The notes beneath the pieces were generated by a model. That model made no database searches and had not been told where the DNA came from. It was given only the letters and a program-made list of their open reading frames with translations. This document shows positions 1 to 11,538 of a stretch of DNA of 64,000 nt, in pieces. A program made the position numbers and the translations under genes. Source of the stretch: Candidatus Krumholzibacteriota bacterium (GTDB lineage Bacteria > Krumholzibacteriota > Krumholzibacteriia > JAJRXK01); NCBI GenBank assembly GCA_963764625.1, contig CAVXTH010000009.1, positions 992,001-1,056,000 of the forward strand. The letters run 5' to 3'. Positions within the stretch are counted from its first letter, which is position 1. Each line of letters begins with the position of its first letter.

Positions 1-1
1 A

Positions 2-769
2 GCGGTCGTTCTTGCGCACCTGGTTCTCACCGAAGGTGAAATCATCGTTGAGTACGATCATCACTTTCTGTCTCTCGAATGCCGTTCGATGGTACAGATC
101 CAGATCCTGACGATCGGGAAGACTGTGGTACTCCCCGCTGAAGAGATCGAGCTCGATGCGTCCAGGCGTCTTGGTCGTGAGTTGACCCCACTTCGCCACG
201 ATGAGATCGGGGTGTGTATCGCCTCTTCCCTCGCGCTGCACGAGAATCACGTCCTCCAGTCTTCCGGTTCGGTCGTCCTTGTGACGGACGAAGATCGTGT
301 ATTCGTCGTCGATCTTGACGAAGGCGTTCTCGCGGATCGCGAAGGTAGGCCGCTTGTGGTTAATGTCGATCAAGAGGCCGGTGAGGCGAAGGTTGGTTCG
401 AGGCAGGACGAAGTGGTTGTAGCCCACCATCACGATGCCGGTCGAAAGTCCCACCAGAATCAGGGGCAAGGCCACTCGATAGAGGCTCACGCCCGTCGCT
501 TTGAGGGCGGTGATCTCGCTATCGGCTGCCAGATGGCCCACCGCCATCAGAACCCCGATCAGGATGGCCATTGGTACGGTAAGTGCAAAAATATGACCCA
601 GGCTCAGGAGCAGGACTTCGCTGGCGAGCCTCAGACTGATGCCCTTGCCGAGGAAGAGATCGACGTATTTTTGCAGAATGTCGATCATCAAAATGAAGGT
701 GGTGACGACGAGTCCGAAGAAGAACGGCGGGATGAAGGTTCTCAGGATGTGCCGATCAATCAAGGACAT
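2..769 (-). CDS. LptF/LptG family LPS export permease (runs off the window edge)
   Basis: Not in the ORF track. Manual minus-strand translation from ATG at 769 gives MSLIDRHILRTFIPPFFFGLVVTTFILMIDILQKYVDLFLGKG...ALTVPMAILIGVLMAVGHLAADSEITALKATGVSLYRVALP, the typical LptF/G pattern (SEITALKAxGVS). The + strand ORF 89..808 is its shadow. Confidence 0.9.
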   Translation of the reverse strand, partial: MSLIDRHILRTFIPPFFFGLVVTTFILMIDILQKYVDLFLGKGISLRLASEVLLLSLGHIFALTVPMAILIGVLMAVGHLAADSEITALKATGVSLYRVALPLILVGLSTGIVMVGYNHFVLPRTNLRLTGLLIDINHKRPTFAIRENAFVKIDDEYTIFVRHKDDRTGRLEDVILVQREGRGDTHPDLIVAKWGQLTTKTPGRIELDLFSGEYHSLPDRQDLDLYHRTAFERQKVMIVLNDDFTFGENQVRKNDR

Positions 770-1048
770 GGGCCGTTTTCCGTCCGGGGAATGCAGTGGG
801 GAGGGTGAGTCTATGTTGCCCTCTGAGCCACCTCAACCGATACTTGCCGCTTCTACGATCGGTTCCCACGAAGGACACGATTTCTAGGGGCAAGACAGGG
901 ACCCTGAGCCCTCGGATGGGGCCGCGGAGCCGTCCCTCGGTGACCTCCGTGGGGGTCAGATTTTGTCCTTGAGAGGGGACAGTCGTTGGAGTATGTCCGG
1001 GGCCGGGGATGCAATCGTAGTTCCAGAAAGCTTGAGGCGGCAGCTGCT

Positions 1049-4000
1049 TTGGCCAACCCGAAACGATTGGTATTCCTCACCCTGACGCTGCTTCTCGCGC
1101 TGGGCTCGGCCAAGGCAGCCGAGTTCGGACGCCCTTCGCTCCCACGCGACCATTGGCTCTTCGATCTCATCCCCCGGGTCAGCGATAATCCCGATCTTCT
1201 GAGCGCCCACGAGGCTCTGATTCGCCAGCGAATGCTGGACATGGGGGTGGATCCCCAGGGGGAGCGCGAGAGCGTCTCGCTGTCGACTCTCCTGCGCCGC
1301 CGTTTCGCCGATGCCGCCGGAATGGAGCTCTTTCGCAAGCCGCGCGAATTGGAGGTCCTCGAGGCGGAGGACAGCATCGATCGCGTGGTGCGCTATCGCT
1401 TCCCCGAGACCTTTCTCTTCTACAGCCAGGTGGACACCAATCTGGTCGGAGTCGCGTTCGAGCTTCCCCGTCCGGTGGAAGACCCTCGAGTCGAGATCCA
1501 GATGTCGACTCTCGACGGATACATGCGCACTCTGACCACCATCGCTCTGGACGATCAGTGGCGCAAGAGTTTGACAGCCCGTGCGCTGGCGACGCAGTCC
1601 GACCAGGGCCTCTTGAACTTCACGCTGCCGATCAAGCTGCCGCGGACCCTGGAGCGGCTGATCGGCAAGGGCGAGGCCACGAACATCCGGATCAGCGGCC
1701 AGGAGCGCATCTCAATCAGCGGAACTTCGACGGTCCGGGACAACTTTCTGGGAAACGAGGTCCAGCAATCGCAGAGCCTCTTTCCCACTCTGGAGATGGA
1801 GCAGAGTCTGCGGGTGAACCTCGACGGGCAGGTGGGCGAGAAGATCAAGGTGAGGGTCAGTCACGACAGCGAGCAGTTCGGCGCGGACGCGACTCAGGTC
1901 AAACTGAGTTTCGAGGGTAACGAAGACGACATCATCCGCACCATTCGGGCTGGCGACATCGACGTCACCCTGCCGTCCTCGAGGCTTCTGGGGATCCAGG
2001 CGCAACGCGGCGGTCTCTTTGGGGTGAAAGTGGAGGGGGCCCTGGGGCCCATGGACTTCACCTTGCTCACCTCGAAAGAGCAGAGCAAACAGGGCAAGCG
2101 CTCATTTTCGGCCGCTGGAGGAACCACCCAGGAGTTCACCGTCAGCTCGGTCGACTACGTCAAAAACCGGATCTTCCGCCTTAACGCGCCCAGTGCTTTT
2201 TTCTTCCGCCAAGGCGTGCGCTTCGGTACTGCCCCGGGAGATACGATCCTCACGCCTCTGCACGACGAGAGCGCCACCTGGGATCCTTCCTGGAGGATCG
2301 ACGTGTCCACCGTCGATCTCTACGTGAGCGTTCCCATCGGGATCGTGAGCGGAGACAAAGGGGACTTGCTGGATGTCCACCCGGGCCGTGCCTACATGGA
2401 GACCAGCGGTTACTACTGGGGCTATACCGGCGGGATCCCCAACCCCGATGCCGCTCCTGACTTCGCAGGGAAGCACTAATTTCGACCCAGCTCCCCGCTG
2501 GAGGCGTCTGGCGGCCGACGAATGGCGCCCCCTGGTGGAAGCGAGCACGGGAAGCTCGGCCGGCAATCTGATTGGGGTTCTTCTCAATACCGAGCTCACG
2601 GACAACCAAGCGCTCGGGGTAACCTACGACGTGGTGGATGCGAACGGCGCGGTCGTGATGCGCGTGGGCCGGCCCTGGTTCAGCGGGAACTTCGATCCCA
2701 TTCCGGATCCCGATGACCCCACCAACCCAGACAAGAAAATCTACTACTTCAAGCTCATCAAACCGGTCTCCCCCTCGGCGCCCGACCCGACGAATCTGTC
2801 GGCCTATGGCCAGGGCTTCGATTTGAGCTGGGAGTACATGTTCCGTAATTTCTACTTCCTGCGCGGGGTGGGCATCGACCTCAACACCCTGGACGTGCAA
2901 ATACTCACCACTCTGAAACAGACCCTCAACGAGTTCGACACCGTCCCTCCGGACAGCACTCGCCACCGCTGGATCAACGTGTTCGGATTGGACGAGAAGG
3001 ACCCTCAAGGCAACATCGTGCCGGGAGGAGATGGGGTCATCGACACGGGGACGGAGGCGAACCTGGTGTTCCCCGATCTGGGGCTCCTGCAATTCCCCAA
3101 TCCAACTCCCTTCGCCCCCTATCCCGATTCCTATCTGAAGGGAAAGTACGAGGACGGCGGCAACGACGGGGTGCCGGCCCCTGACATCTACCTCAAGTCT
3201 CTGACCTCGACCGGTCAGCAAAACAACCACTTCTTCGATCTGGTGTTCCGGCACGCCTCGACTTCGTCGCGGCTTTCGCTGGGCACCATCAACATCAAGG
3301 AGAACAGCGAGCAGGTGCGCCTAGACGGTCGAATTCTCACCCGGGGGGTCGACTACGACATCGACTACTTCAGCGGGGAGATCACGCTCACCGGCGCCGC
3401 GAGCCAGCTGAACGCGCAGACCAACATCACCGTAGACTACGAGGTCGATCCCCTCTTCGGCGGAGGGCGCACCAGTCTGAACGGGATCAACCTTGGCTAT
3501 CATCTGGGACAGAACAAAACCCTCTCGAGCACCTGGCTCCTGCAGAGCAAACCCACGAGCAATCGCAAGCCGCGGTTGGGCGAGGAGCCGACAAAGAACT
3601 GGGTGGGCAATGTCTCGGCCAAGCTTCAATTCGAACCCCAGTGGCTCACCAGTATCGCGAACCTCTTGCCCATGGTCGATTCGGACACCCCCAGCCGCTT
3701 GAGCATCGACGGCGAAATGGCGGTCTCGATTCCCAATCCCAACACCAATGGCAGCGCTTACCTCGACGACTTCGAGGGGGTCGACAAGAGCGACGTGATT
3801 CCCATGGGCCGCGAGGGTTGGTGGTGGGCGAGTCTTCCCGCCGAATTCGCGAATCCCAGCGACGTCAATCGGCGCTTCAAGCCGCAGGACCGAGCCTACA
3901 TCCGCTGGTATCGGCCCACCCCCTCGGTGACCCGCGAGGATCTCAACCCCGATCTCAGCGAGCAAGAGCGACGCGACGTCGTTCCGGCCCTCAACCTGCA

Positions 4001-7000
4001 ATTGGAACCGCCCGCGGGAACCGACACCTTCGCCGACACCCTCTACACCGGGATCATGCGCGGCTACGCCTCAGACCTCGATCTCACCGAGGCGCAGTAC
4101 CTGGAGTTCTGGGTCAACGATTTCCAGAAGAACGTCGACGCCCGCGAAGGGGTGCTGCACTTCGACTTCGGCTTCATCAACGAGGATTTCTACTGGAAGA
4201 CCGTTTTCGACGAACAGCAGCAGAAGTACGTGCTCGAGAGAGGAGTCCTCGACCAGGAGGACACGGATAACGACGGACAGCTGAGCACGGACGAAGACGT
4301 CGGTCTCGACGGCATCGCCAGCGTCGATGAAGACAAGCCTCGCTCACCCTTCGAAAACGTCCTGGGACGAGCCAGCGACCCGGGCGGCGACGACTTTGAT
4401 TCGAGCCGCGAGGACGACGCGGATCCCTTCCCCCGCATCAACGGTCTCGAGTTCAACCAGCGCCTGGACAGCGAGGATCTCAATCTCAATGGCAGCCTCG
4501 ACATGGCCGACGCCTACTACACCCTGACTCTGCCCCTGAAGGATACCGATCACGTTCTGGTCGACGTGAACCGTGACTATCCCACCTTCGTTTCGAGTGA
4601 CGATCGTAAGGTCAACAACTCGTGGCGCAAGTATCGGCTCGATCTGAAGGAAATCCAGCTCAGAATGGCACACTTGGGAGAGACGGGATTTCTGACCAAG
4701 CCAGCGGACCTTTCCAAGGTGCGCTTCTTTCGGGTCTGGTACGAGGTGCCCGGCGGAAGCGCGAGCGGGCGGCGGGACCTCCAATTCGCGGAGATGCGCT
4801 TTCTCGGCAACCGCTGGATCTCCGACGGCATCCACGACTCGGACAGCCACGAGCGCCTCTCGCCCGGTCAGGAGTTGCCGGGTGAATTCAGGGTAGGGGT
4901 GCTCAATAACAAGGACAATCCGGACTACATCCCTCCCGTCTTTCCCGACACCCGCAATAACGTGGCCGAGAAGGAGCAGTCGCTCCAACTGGACTACACC
5001 AACCTCGGGCCGGGGCAGGAGATCCGGGTGCGGAAGGACGTACCGGGAAGCACGGGGCAGGACTTCAGCCAGTACAACGAGCTCAATTTCTTTTGGCGGA
5101 CACCGCTCGCGGTCCGATTGCCCGCGCAGCCCGACCCCGAGCAACAGGGCCTGGTTCCCTTCTTCTGGGTGGGAACGGACTCTCTCAACTACTACGAGAT
5201 CTCCTTCGCCTTCAACCAGGTCGAAGTGACGCCAGGCACCGGATGGGTCGAAGTGCAGATCCCCATCGACCGGATGACCAGCGCCAAGGTCGACGACAGC
5301 ATGGCGCGCGACGAGGTGCTTCCCGGCGGAGAGGTCATTCGCCGCGGAACGATCGCTGACAATCTGAGCGGGAGCGTGTACCAGCTGGTCATTCGGGGTC
5401 GTCCCGATCTGCGGCGGGTGCGGCGGTATTACGCCGGTCTCAGGTATCCGCGACAGACTGACGGCACCGGTGTGCCCAACGCGCCCTTGTTGACCGGTGA
5501 CGTCTTGTTCAACGAGTTGCGCATCCGACGGGTCAACCGGAAGACGGGCTACGCGAAACAACTCTCTCTGAGCGCCAACATTCCTGGCCTCGCGGACTTG
5601 AGCGGCTCGGTGAGCGAAACCGACGCGGAATTCCGCGGACTCAATCGAGACCGCGGGAGCGGAGCGACCGACCAGAACGCGCAGATGAGAGCCTCCTCGA
5701 AGCTGCAGAGTCTGGTTCCGACCTTCGGCTTGGATGTCCCGTTCAGTTTCAGCGCCTCCAAGCGAAAGTCGGTACCCAAGTTTTATCCGGACAACGACAT
5801 CACCCTCTTGGATCCCGTTCTTCAGGACTCACTCAGTTCGAAGGACAGCAGCGAGAGCTTCAACTTCCAGGTCCGCAAACAGGGGACGAGTCACAACAAG
5901 CTCCTCGCCTATAGCCTGGACCGTCTCTCATATTCCTACAGCGTGACCCGCAGTCGAAGGAAAAGTCCGCGGCAGAATAATCGCCGGTACAGCTCGAAGT
6001 CCCAGTACAACTACGATTTGAACTTCGCCACCCGCTCGATCCTCACCCTGCCGCTCTTGGGCTATCAGTTCCGCTATCTGCCGAATCAGATCTCCTTCGG
6101 CAGCGTCTGGTCCAAGGACGAAACCAAGATCACGAACAAGTTCGAAGACGGGTCGTTTCAGTTGACCGGAACCACCACTCGGGTGGTGACGAACAACTCC
6201 GCGATCACCTGGTCTCCCGCGCGCAACCTCCGACTTTCGTACAGCATCGCTTCGGTGCGCGATCCGCAGCGGAATCGTCTGATCGTGGATGACACAGGGG
6301 CGGTCACCAGAGAGGAGAAAGTCGCTTGGCTGGGTATCAACTGGGGCGCCGAGAACGCACACAACGAACGCTTCAGCGCCAACTACACTCCGCTGCTGCC
6401 GGGGATCGCCTGGTTGAAACCAGACATCGCATTCACCGGAGGGTACAGCGAGAACCGGGCGATTTCGGTGAGGCGGACTCGCACGGAGACGCGCCTGAAC
6501 CCGCAGACGGGCGAAGAAGAACAGGTCACCGTCTATCTCGACCCCGAGAACGTCCGGAACGTGAGCAATTCCGGAGACATGACGGTGCGAGGGGAGCTCG
6601 GCCTGAGCCGGGTCTTCCAGCGGATTCTCGGCCGCAGGGGAAACTCCAGCCCGGCGTCGGCCCGCAACGCAGCCCGAGAGAGACAGGCCCGCGAGCAGGC
6701 GGCGCAAAACCAGCGGCAAAGTCCCCCGGCGGCCGGGCCTGCCCCCGGCCCGAAACCCATGCCGCCCCCTCCGGCGCCGGCCACCACCCCCGCGGATAGT
6801 CTGCCCGCCGCGGCCCAGCCGGACTCCACCCAGCTGGGAGGGTTTCCTCTGCTCCCCGGCGTGATGCCTCCGGCGAAAGGCGGAGCGACCCCTCTGCCCG
6901 GGCCGTCCGCGAGCCCGGCGATCCCCGACTCGGTGGCACCGCCACCCCAGGGGGCGCCCAGCGCGGGCGAGAAACCAGTGGAGGCGGGCGCGAAGCCTCC

Positions 7001-8015
7001 AGGGACGCAGGGCGAGGAAGAGCCGTCCGAGACGCAGCGCCTGGATCCCGTCGCGGCTCTGGGGGCTCTCTTCAGCCCGTTCACGACCGCGCTGCGGGAG
7101 ATCCAGCCGTTTCGGCTCAGCTACAACGTGCGCCGCCAGAACAGCTATCAACACGCCACGGACCGCGCCCATCTGGGCTACCGTCTGGGAATCGAGAACC
7201 GTCCCGGGGTTCCCGGTGCCGGCACCCAGTACGATGCAGCGGGAAACCCGGTCAATCAGGACTTCAGCTCCTACGTTCAAACCCAAAGAAACCGATTCAG
7301 CGTGAGCACCCAGACCAAACTGAGTCAGAGCATCCGCATGGATCTCTCCTACACGCGCGATTGGGACACCCGGATAGGCAATCTGCAGAGCGCTCTGGAG
7401 AATTCGAACCAGGAGTGGCCGGTGGTGACCCTGAAGATCCAAAACGTGCATCAGTGGCGGATCTTCGGCAATTCGATGACGAATTCTTCCATCGATTTCA
7501 CCTACCGTAGCACCCAGAGCCTGACCGGGGTGAGCACGTCCAATGCGGGAACCCCGCGCCGTACGAAGAGCATCCAGCCGCGCTGGAACGTCCGCTTCAA
7601 GAACGATGTGTCGGCCAACGTAAACGTGAACGTCACCCAGGACGTCACCCAGTCGGCGGGCAAGGACAATGTGTCCAAGCGTATCGGAGTCAACATGCAG
7701 TTCTCCAAAAGCTTCGACGCCAATGGAACGCTCAAATTTCTTCGCTTCGGGAAGAAGGGCACCGGCTCGACGATCGACATGACGATCGATCTTGCTTTCG
7801 ATCAGAGGAGCTCTTTGCGTAAACTGGAGGACAACCGTGAGGACCAGGTGAGCGGAACTCGAAACTGGAGTGTCGGGCCTCGCTTCAACTACCAGTTCAG
7901 TCGAGCGCTGAATGCCGGCATGAATCTGGGATTCTCCAAGACGAAGGATCTGGGCAACACGAGAAACGGCTCCACTAGCTTCAGTCTCGGATTCACCGCC
8001 ACCTTCACCTTCTAG
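1049..8015 (+). CDS. sprA: T9SS outer-membrane translocon SprA/Sov (~2320 aa), with one apparent frameshift at ~2469
   Basis: ORFs 986..2479 and 2373..8015 join if one G is removed from GCAGGGAAGC (DFAGSTNFDPAP). Signal peptide from TTG 1049 (MANPKRLVFLTLTLLLALGSAKA). SprA-like segments: LEGNEDDIIRTIRAGDIDVTLPSSRL, GGLFGVKVEGALGP, LTRGVDYDIDYFSGEI, AYLDDFEG, EDLNLNGSLD. C-terminal beta-signal FSLGFTATFTF. Confidence 0.88.
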
Positions 8016-8026
8016 CCGGGGGACCC

Positions 8027-9023
8027 ATGCGAGCCTTCCTGCACCATGCGCTTTGGATCACCGTCTTCTTGGCGGCGGGATCTCTCCCGCCCACCCACAC
8101 CCCGATACGGACCGAAGCGGGGTCTCTGCCGCCAAGTGCGCCCCAAGCGGAGGCTTCGCCCGAGAAATCCTCCTCGACCCCACACTTCGACGGGCAGCGA
8201 GCCTTCGAACTCATTCGCGAGCAGCTCGCCTTCGGACCGCGGAATCCGGGTTCCAAGGGGCACGCCGCGTGTCTTGGCTGGTTGCGATCCGAGCTGGACG
8301 AGCGGGCCCACCGCCTCGAGGTGCAGCCCTTTCGAGTTCGACGATCCCTACGCGGACGGAAAGCTGGCGCTGACCAATCTGACCGCCTCCTTTTACCCGG
8401 CACGGACGCGCCGCATCGCGCTCGCGGCACACTGGGATACACGGCCCCGGGCGGACCAGCAGCCGGGTGGCGCGGTGCAGAAGCCGATTCCCGGGGCCAA
8501 CGACGGGGGGAGTGGCGTGGCGGTGCTCCTGGAGATGGCGCGCATTCTCCACCAACATCCTCTGCAGCACATCGGGGTGGACCTCCTGTTCTTCGACGGG
8601 GAAGACTACGGGAAGGAGGGCGATCCCCAGCACTATCTGTTGGGTTCGAAGCAGTACGTGAGGGTCCACCCGCAGTACCGGCCTCAGGCCCTCATCCTCC
8701 TGGACATGGTGGCGGGGACGAACATGTCCATCTCCATGGAGCGCAATGGATTGCAGCGCGCACAAGAGCTCAGTTTCAAGGTGTTTTCCACGGCGGCTTC
8801 CCTGGGGCTCTCGGCCTTCGTGAGCGTGCCGGGCCAGGCGATTCTGGACGATCACATCCCGTTCCTGTTCAACGGGGTGGAATGCGTCGATCTCATCGAT
8901 CTCGACTACCGCCAATGGCACACGCTGCAGGACGATCTACCCGCGTGCTCGGCCTCGAGTTTGCAGCAGGTCGGGGATCTGCTCGTGGAGCTGCTCTACG
9001 GGGATTTCGACGGCAATCCGTGA
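8027..9023 (+). CDS. M28 family peptidase / glutaminyl-peptide cyclotransferase-like protein, with an apparent frameshift at ~8330
   Basis: N-part in ORF 8027 (FDGQRAFELIREQLAFGPRNPGSKGH) joins the C-part in ORF 8046 (AHWDTRP, GANDGGSGVAVLLE, FFDGEDYG, LLDMV, DDHIPF, WHTLQDD). These are the Zn-binding motifs of M28/QC enzymes. Confidence 0.85.
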
Positions 9024-9135
9024 AATTGCGCGGGTCCGGAATTCATCTGGCGTCAAGGGGCATTCCCGTCTAAATTTCAGGGCCGTGGACGCTTCGTAGA
9101 ATCTGTGGTATTCCAGGAAACGCGAAGCGGCTGGG

Positions 9136-9164
9136 AAGTGGGCGGGGACGTCCACTTTTTTCTT
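9136..9164 (+). terminator. rimP-leader intrinsic terminator/attenuator hairpin
   Basis: AAGTGGGCG-ggga-CGTCCACTT followed by a T-run, about 30 nt upstream of rimP. Matches the widely conserved attenuator in front of rimP-nusA. Confidence 0.75.
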
Positions 9165-9195
9165 GTCTGGTGTTCCAGGCGGCGGGAGGAAACGG

Positions 9196-9735
9196 ATGTC
9201 CCCCTCGCAGATCAGCGCGCGGGAACTCGAGCAGCAATTCCGGGAGGAAGTGGCCCTCCAAGGATGTGAATTGCTGGAAGTGGAGACCCTCCACGGAGGC
9301 GGCCGACTGACCCTGCGCTTCGTGATCGACAAGGTCGGAGGAGTCACAGTGGACGATTGCGCGGAGATGGATCGGACCATCAGCCGCGCCCTCGAGGCCG
9401 ATGAAACTCGACTTGGGCGTTACGTGGTGGAAGTTTCCTCGCCGGGGATCTTTCGTCGGCTGCGTCGCCCCGAGCACTTTCAACGCTACCTGGGGGAATG
9501 GATCAAGGCGACCGTCCTCAAGGAAGGGAGCGACGAAACGACCCAGATCCGGGGACGACTGATGGCGACGGACGAGAAGGGAATCACCCTGCAGCCCGAG
9601 GACGCCGAGTCGGAGTTCATCGCCCTTAGCGCTTTGAAGAATGCCCATCTGGATCCCGAACTCATTATCGGGAAGCCCAGGAAGACCAAAGCCGCCAAGG
9701 GGCGCAAAGATCGAGGATCCAAGAAGGGAAGATGA
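9196..9735 (+). CDS. rimP: Ribosome maturation factor RimP
   Basis: LRFVIDKVGGVTVDDCAEMDRTISRALE and YVVEVSSPGIFRRL motifs; GGAGG RBS; first gene of the nusA-infB operon. Confidence 0.93.
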   Translation: MSPSQISARELEQQFREEVALQGCELLEVETLHGGGRLTLRFVIDKVGGVTVDDCAEMDRTISRALEADETRLGRYVVEVSSPGIFRRLRRPEHFQRYLGEWIKATVLKEGSDETTQIRGRLMATDEKGITLQPEDAESEFIALSALKNAHLDPELIIGKPRKTKAAKGRKDRGSKKGR

Positions 9736-11195
9736 TGGACTACAACATCCTGGACGCGCTTTCCGCTCTCAGCCGGGAGAAGAACGTCGATCAACGGACT
9801 CTGGTCGAGAGTCTCACGGTGGGATTGCAGTCCGCGGCGAAAAAGAAAGTGGGCCTGAACGCCGACATCCAGGTCGACGTGGATTTCGATACCGGTGAGA
9901 TCGACATCCTTCAGCGCAAGCGGGTGGTCCAGCGAGTGGCGGATCACGAGAGCGAAATCAGCCTCGAGGAAGCACAGCTCGAGTTCGGGGAAGACCTCGA
10001 GGTCGGAGATACCGTCAAGATCTACCTCGACATCGCCGACTTCGGGCGCAACGCGATCGGGGTGGCGAAACAGGTTCTGCTGCAGAAAGTACGTGAGGCC
10101 GAGCGGGGCAACGTCTACGAGGAATTCCGCGATCGCGTGGGAGAGGTCGTCGTGGGCATGGTGCAGCAAGTCGATCGCGGCAACATCCTGGTGAACATCA
10201 ACCGGGTGGAGGCTCTTCTGCCCTTCCGCGAACGGATCAAGGGCGAGAACTATCACCAGGGCAAGCAAATCAAAGCCTTCATCATGGAAGTGCAGAACAA
10301 CGCCAAGGGGCCGCAGATCATTCTCTCGCGCACCCATCCCGGATTCCTCAAGACCCTCTTCGAATCGGAAGTCCCTGAGATCGAGGAGGGGATCGTGGAG
10401 ATCAAGGCCGTCGCGCGCGAGTCGGGCACCCGGTCGAAGATCGCGGTGGTCAGCCACGACGACCGTGTCGACGCGGTGGGTTCCTGCGTCGGCATGAAGG
10501 GTTCGAGAGTGCAGGCCGTGACGCGCGAGCTGAGCGGCGAGAAGATCGACATCGTGCCCTGGAGCGCCGACACCATTGGACTCATCACGCGCGCCCTCTC
10601 CCCCGCGAGAGTCAACCACATCAGCCTGGACGAAGAGGTGGGAAGCGCGACTGCCGTCGTGGACGACGACCAACTCAGCCTCGCGATCGGGCGCGAGGGC
10701 AAGAACGTCCGGCTCGCAGCGAAACTCACCGGTTGGCGGATCGATCTGGTGAGCGCGAGCGAATACCATCTGCGCCAGAGGTTCAGCGAGGCCTTCCAGA
10801 TGGACGTGGGCGATCTCATCGGGGTGGATGAAGAAGCGGCGCGTTGCCTGAAAGAGGCCGGGGTCAACAGTGTCGAGGATTTGGCCACCATTTCCGATGA
10901 GAAGATCGAGGAAATCCCCGATCTCGACCTGAAGACCCTGGAGCAGCTCATCGCGACGGCCCAGGCCACCATGGAAGAGGTGCGTAAGCAGGTCGAGGAG
11001 ATGGTGGAGAAAGAGAAGGCCGCGCTCTCGGTGCCTGTTTTCGACGAGGAGATCTTCGGCGAGCAACAGACAGAAGAGAAGAAGCTCGAGGAGAGCGACA
11101 TTTTCGCGCAAGAGCTGGTGAAGGAAGAGGAAAGCGAGGAGGAGAAGCCTCTCACCGAAGAGGATCTCTTCAAGAAAGAGAACGACGCCGGTTAG
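9732..11195 (+). CDS. nusA: Transcription termination/antitermination factor NusA
   Basis: FGRNAIGVAKQVLLQKVREAER, S1 and KH domains (VARESGTRSKIAV, AIGREGKNVRLAAKLTGWRIDL), acidic C-terminal tail. Confidence 0.97.
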   Translation: MMDYNILDALSALSREKNVDQRTLVESLTVGLQSAAKKKVGLNADIQVDVDFDTGEIDILQRKRVVQRVADHESEISLEEAQLEFGEDLEVGDTVKIYLDIADFGRNAIGVAKQVLLQKVREAERGNVYEEFRDRVGEVVVGMVQQVDRGNILVNINRVEALLPFRERIKGENYHQGKQIKAFIMEVQNNAKGPQIILSRTHPGFLKTLFESEVPEIEEGIVEIKAVARESGTRSKIAVVSHDDRVDAVGSCVGMKGSRVQAVTRELSGEKIDIVPWSADTIGLITRALSPARVNHISLDEEVGSATAVVDDDQLSLAIGREGKNVRLAAKLTGWRIDLVSASEYHLRQRFSEAFQMDVGDLIGVDEEAARCLKEAGVNSVEDLATISDEKIEEIPDLDLKTLEQLIATAQATMEEVRKQVEEMVEKEKAALSVPVFDEEIFGEQQTEEKKLEESDIFAQELVKEEESEEEKPLTEEDLFKKENDAG

Positions 11196-11201
11196 GAGAG
11201 T

Positions 11202-11534
11202 ATGGACCGCAGCGGCGAGGACCTTCAATCCCGGCAAGCGATCCTTCGCCTGCTCGGCCTCGCGCTTCGGGCGGGAAAGCTCAATCTCGGATCCGGGCCG
11301 GTGCTGCGTGCCCTCCAGCGAGGGCAGAATGGTGTGGTTTTTCTTTCTCGAGACGCTGGGGACGACCTGCGATCGAAGATCAAGCGCGAACTCGGATCGG
11401 CCCGGCTGGATGCTGAGAGTTTTGGCGGGGATGAACTTGCCGTCGCGTTCGGGCGCCGGCTCTTGTCCGTCGTTTCGGTGTGCGAGCCCGCTTTCGTAGC
11501 TGGCGTGATCAAACACCTCGAGAATCTGTCCTAG
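11202..11534 (+). CDS. L7Ae/YlxQ family RNA-binding protein
   Basis: LRLLGLALRAGKLNLG...VFLSRDAG...ELAVAFGR pattern; lies between nusA and infB, as ylxQ does. Confidence 0.8.
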   Translation: MDRSGEDLQSRQAILRLLGLALRAGKLNLGSGPVLRALQRGQNGVVFLSRDAGDDLRSKIKRELGSARLDAESFGGDELAVAFGRRLLSVVSVCEPAFVAGVIKHLENLS

Positions 11535-11538
11535 GAGC

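Noticed and set aside
89-808. 239 aa + strand ORF
   Set aside because: It is the antisense shadow of the minus-strand LptF/G gene and has no recognisable protein features.
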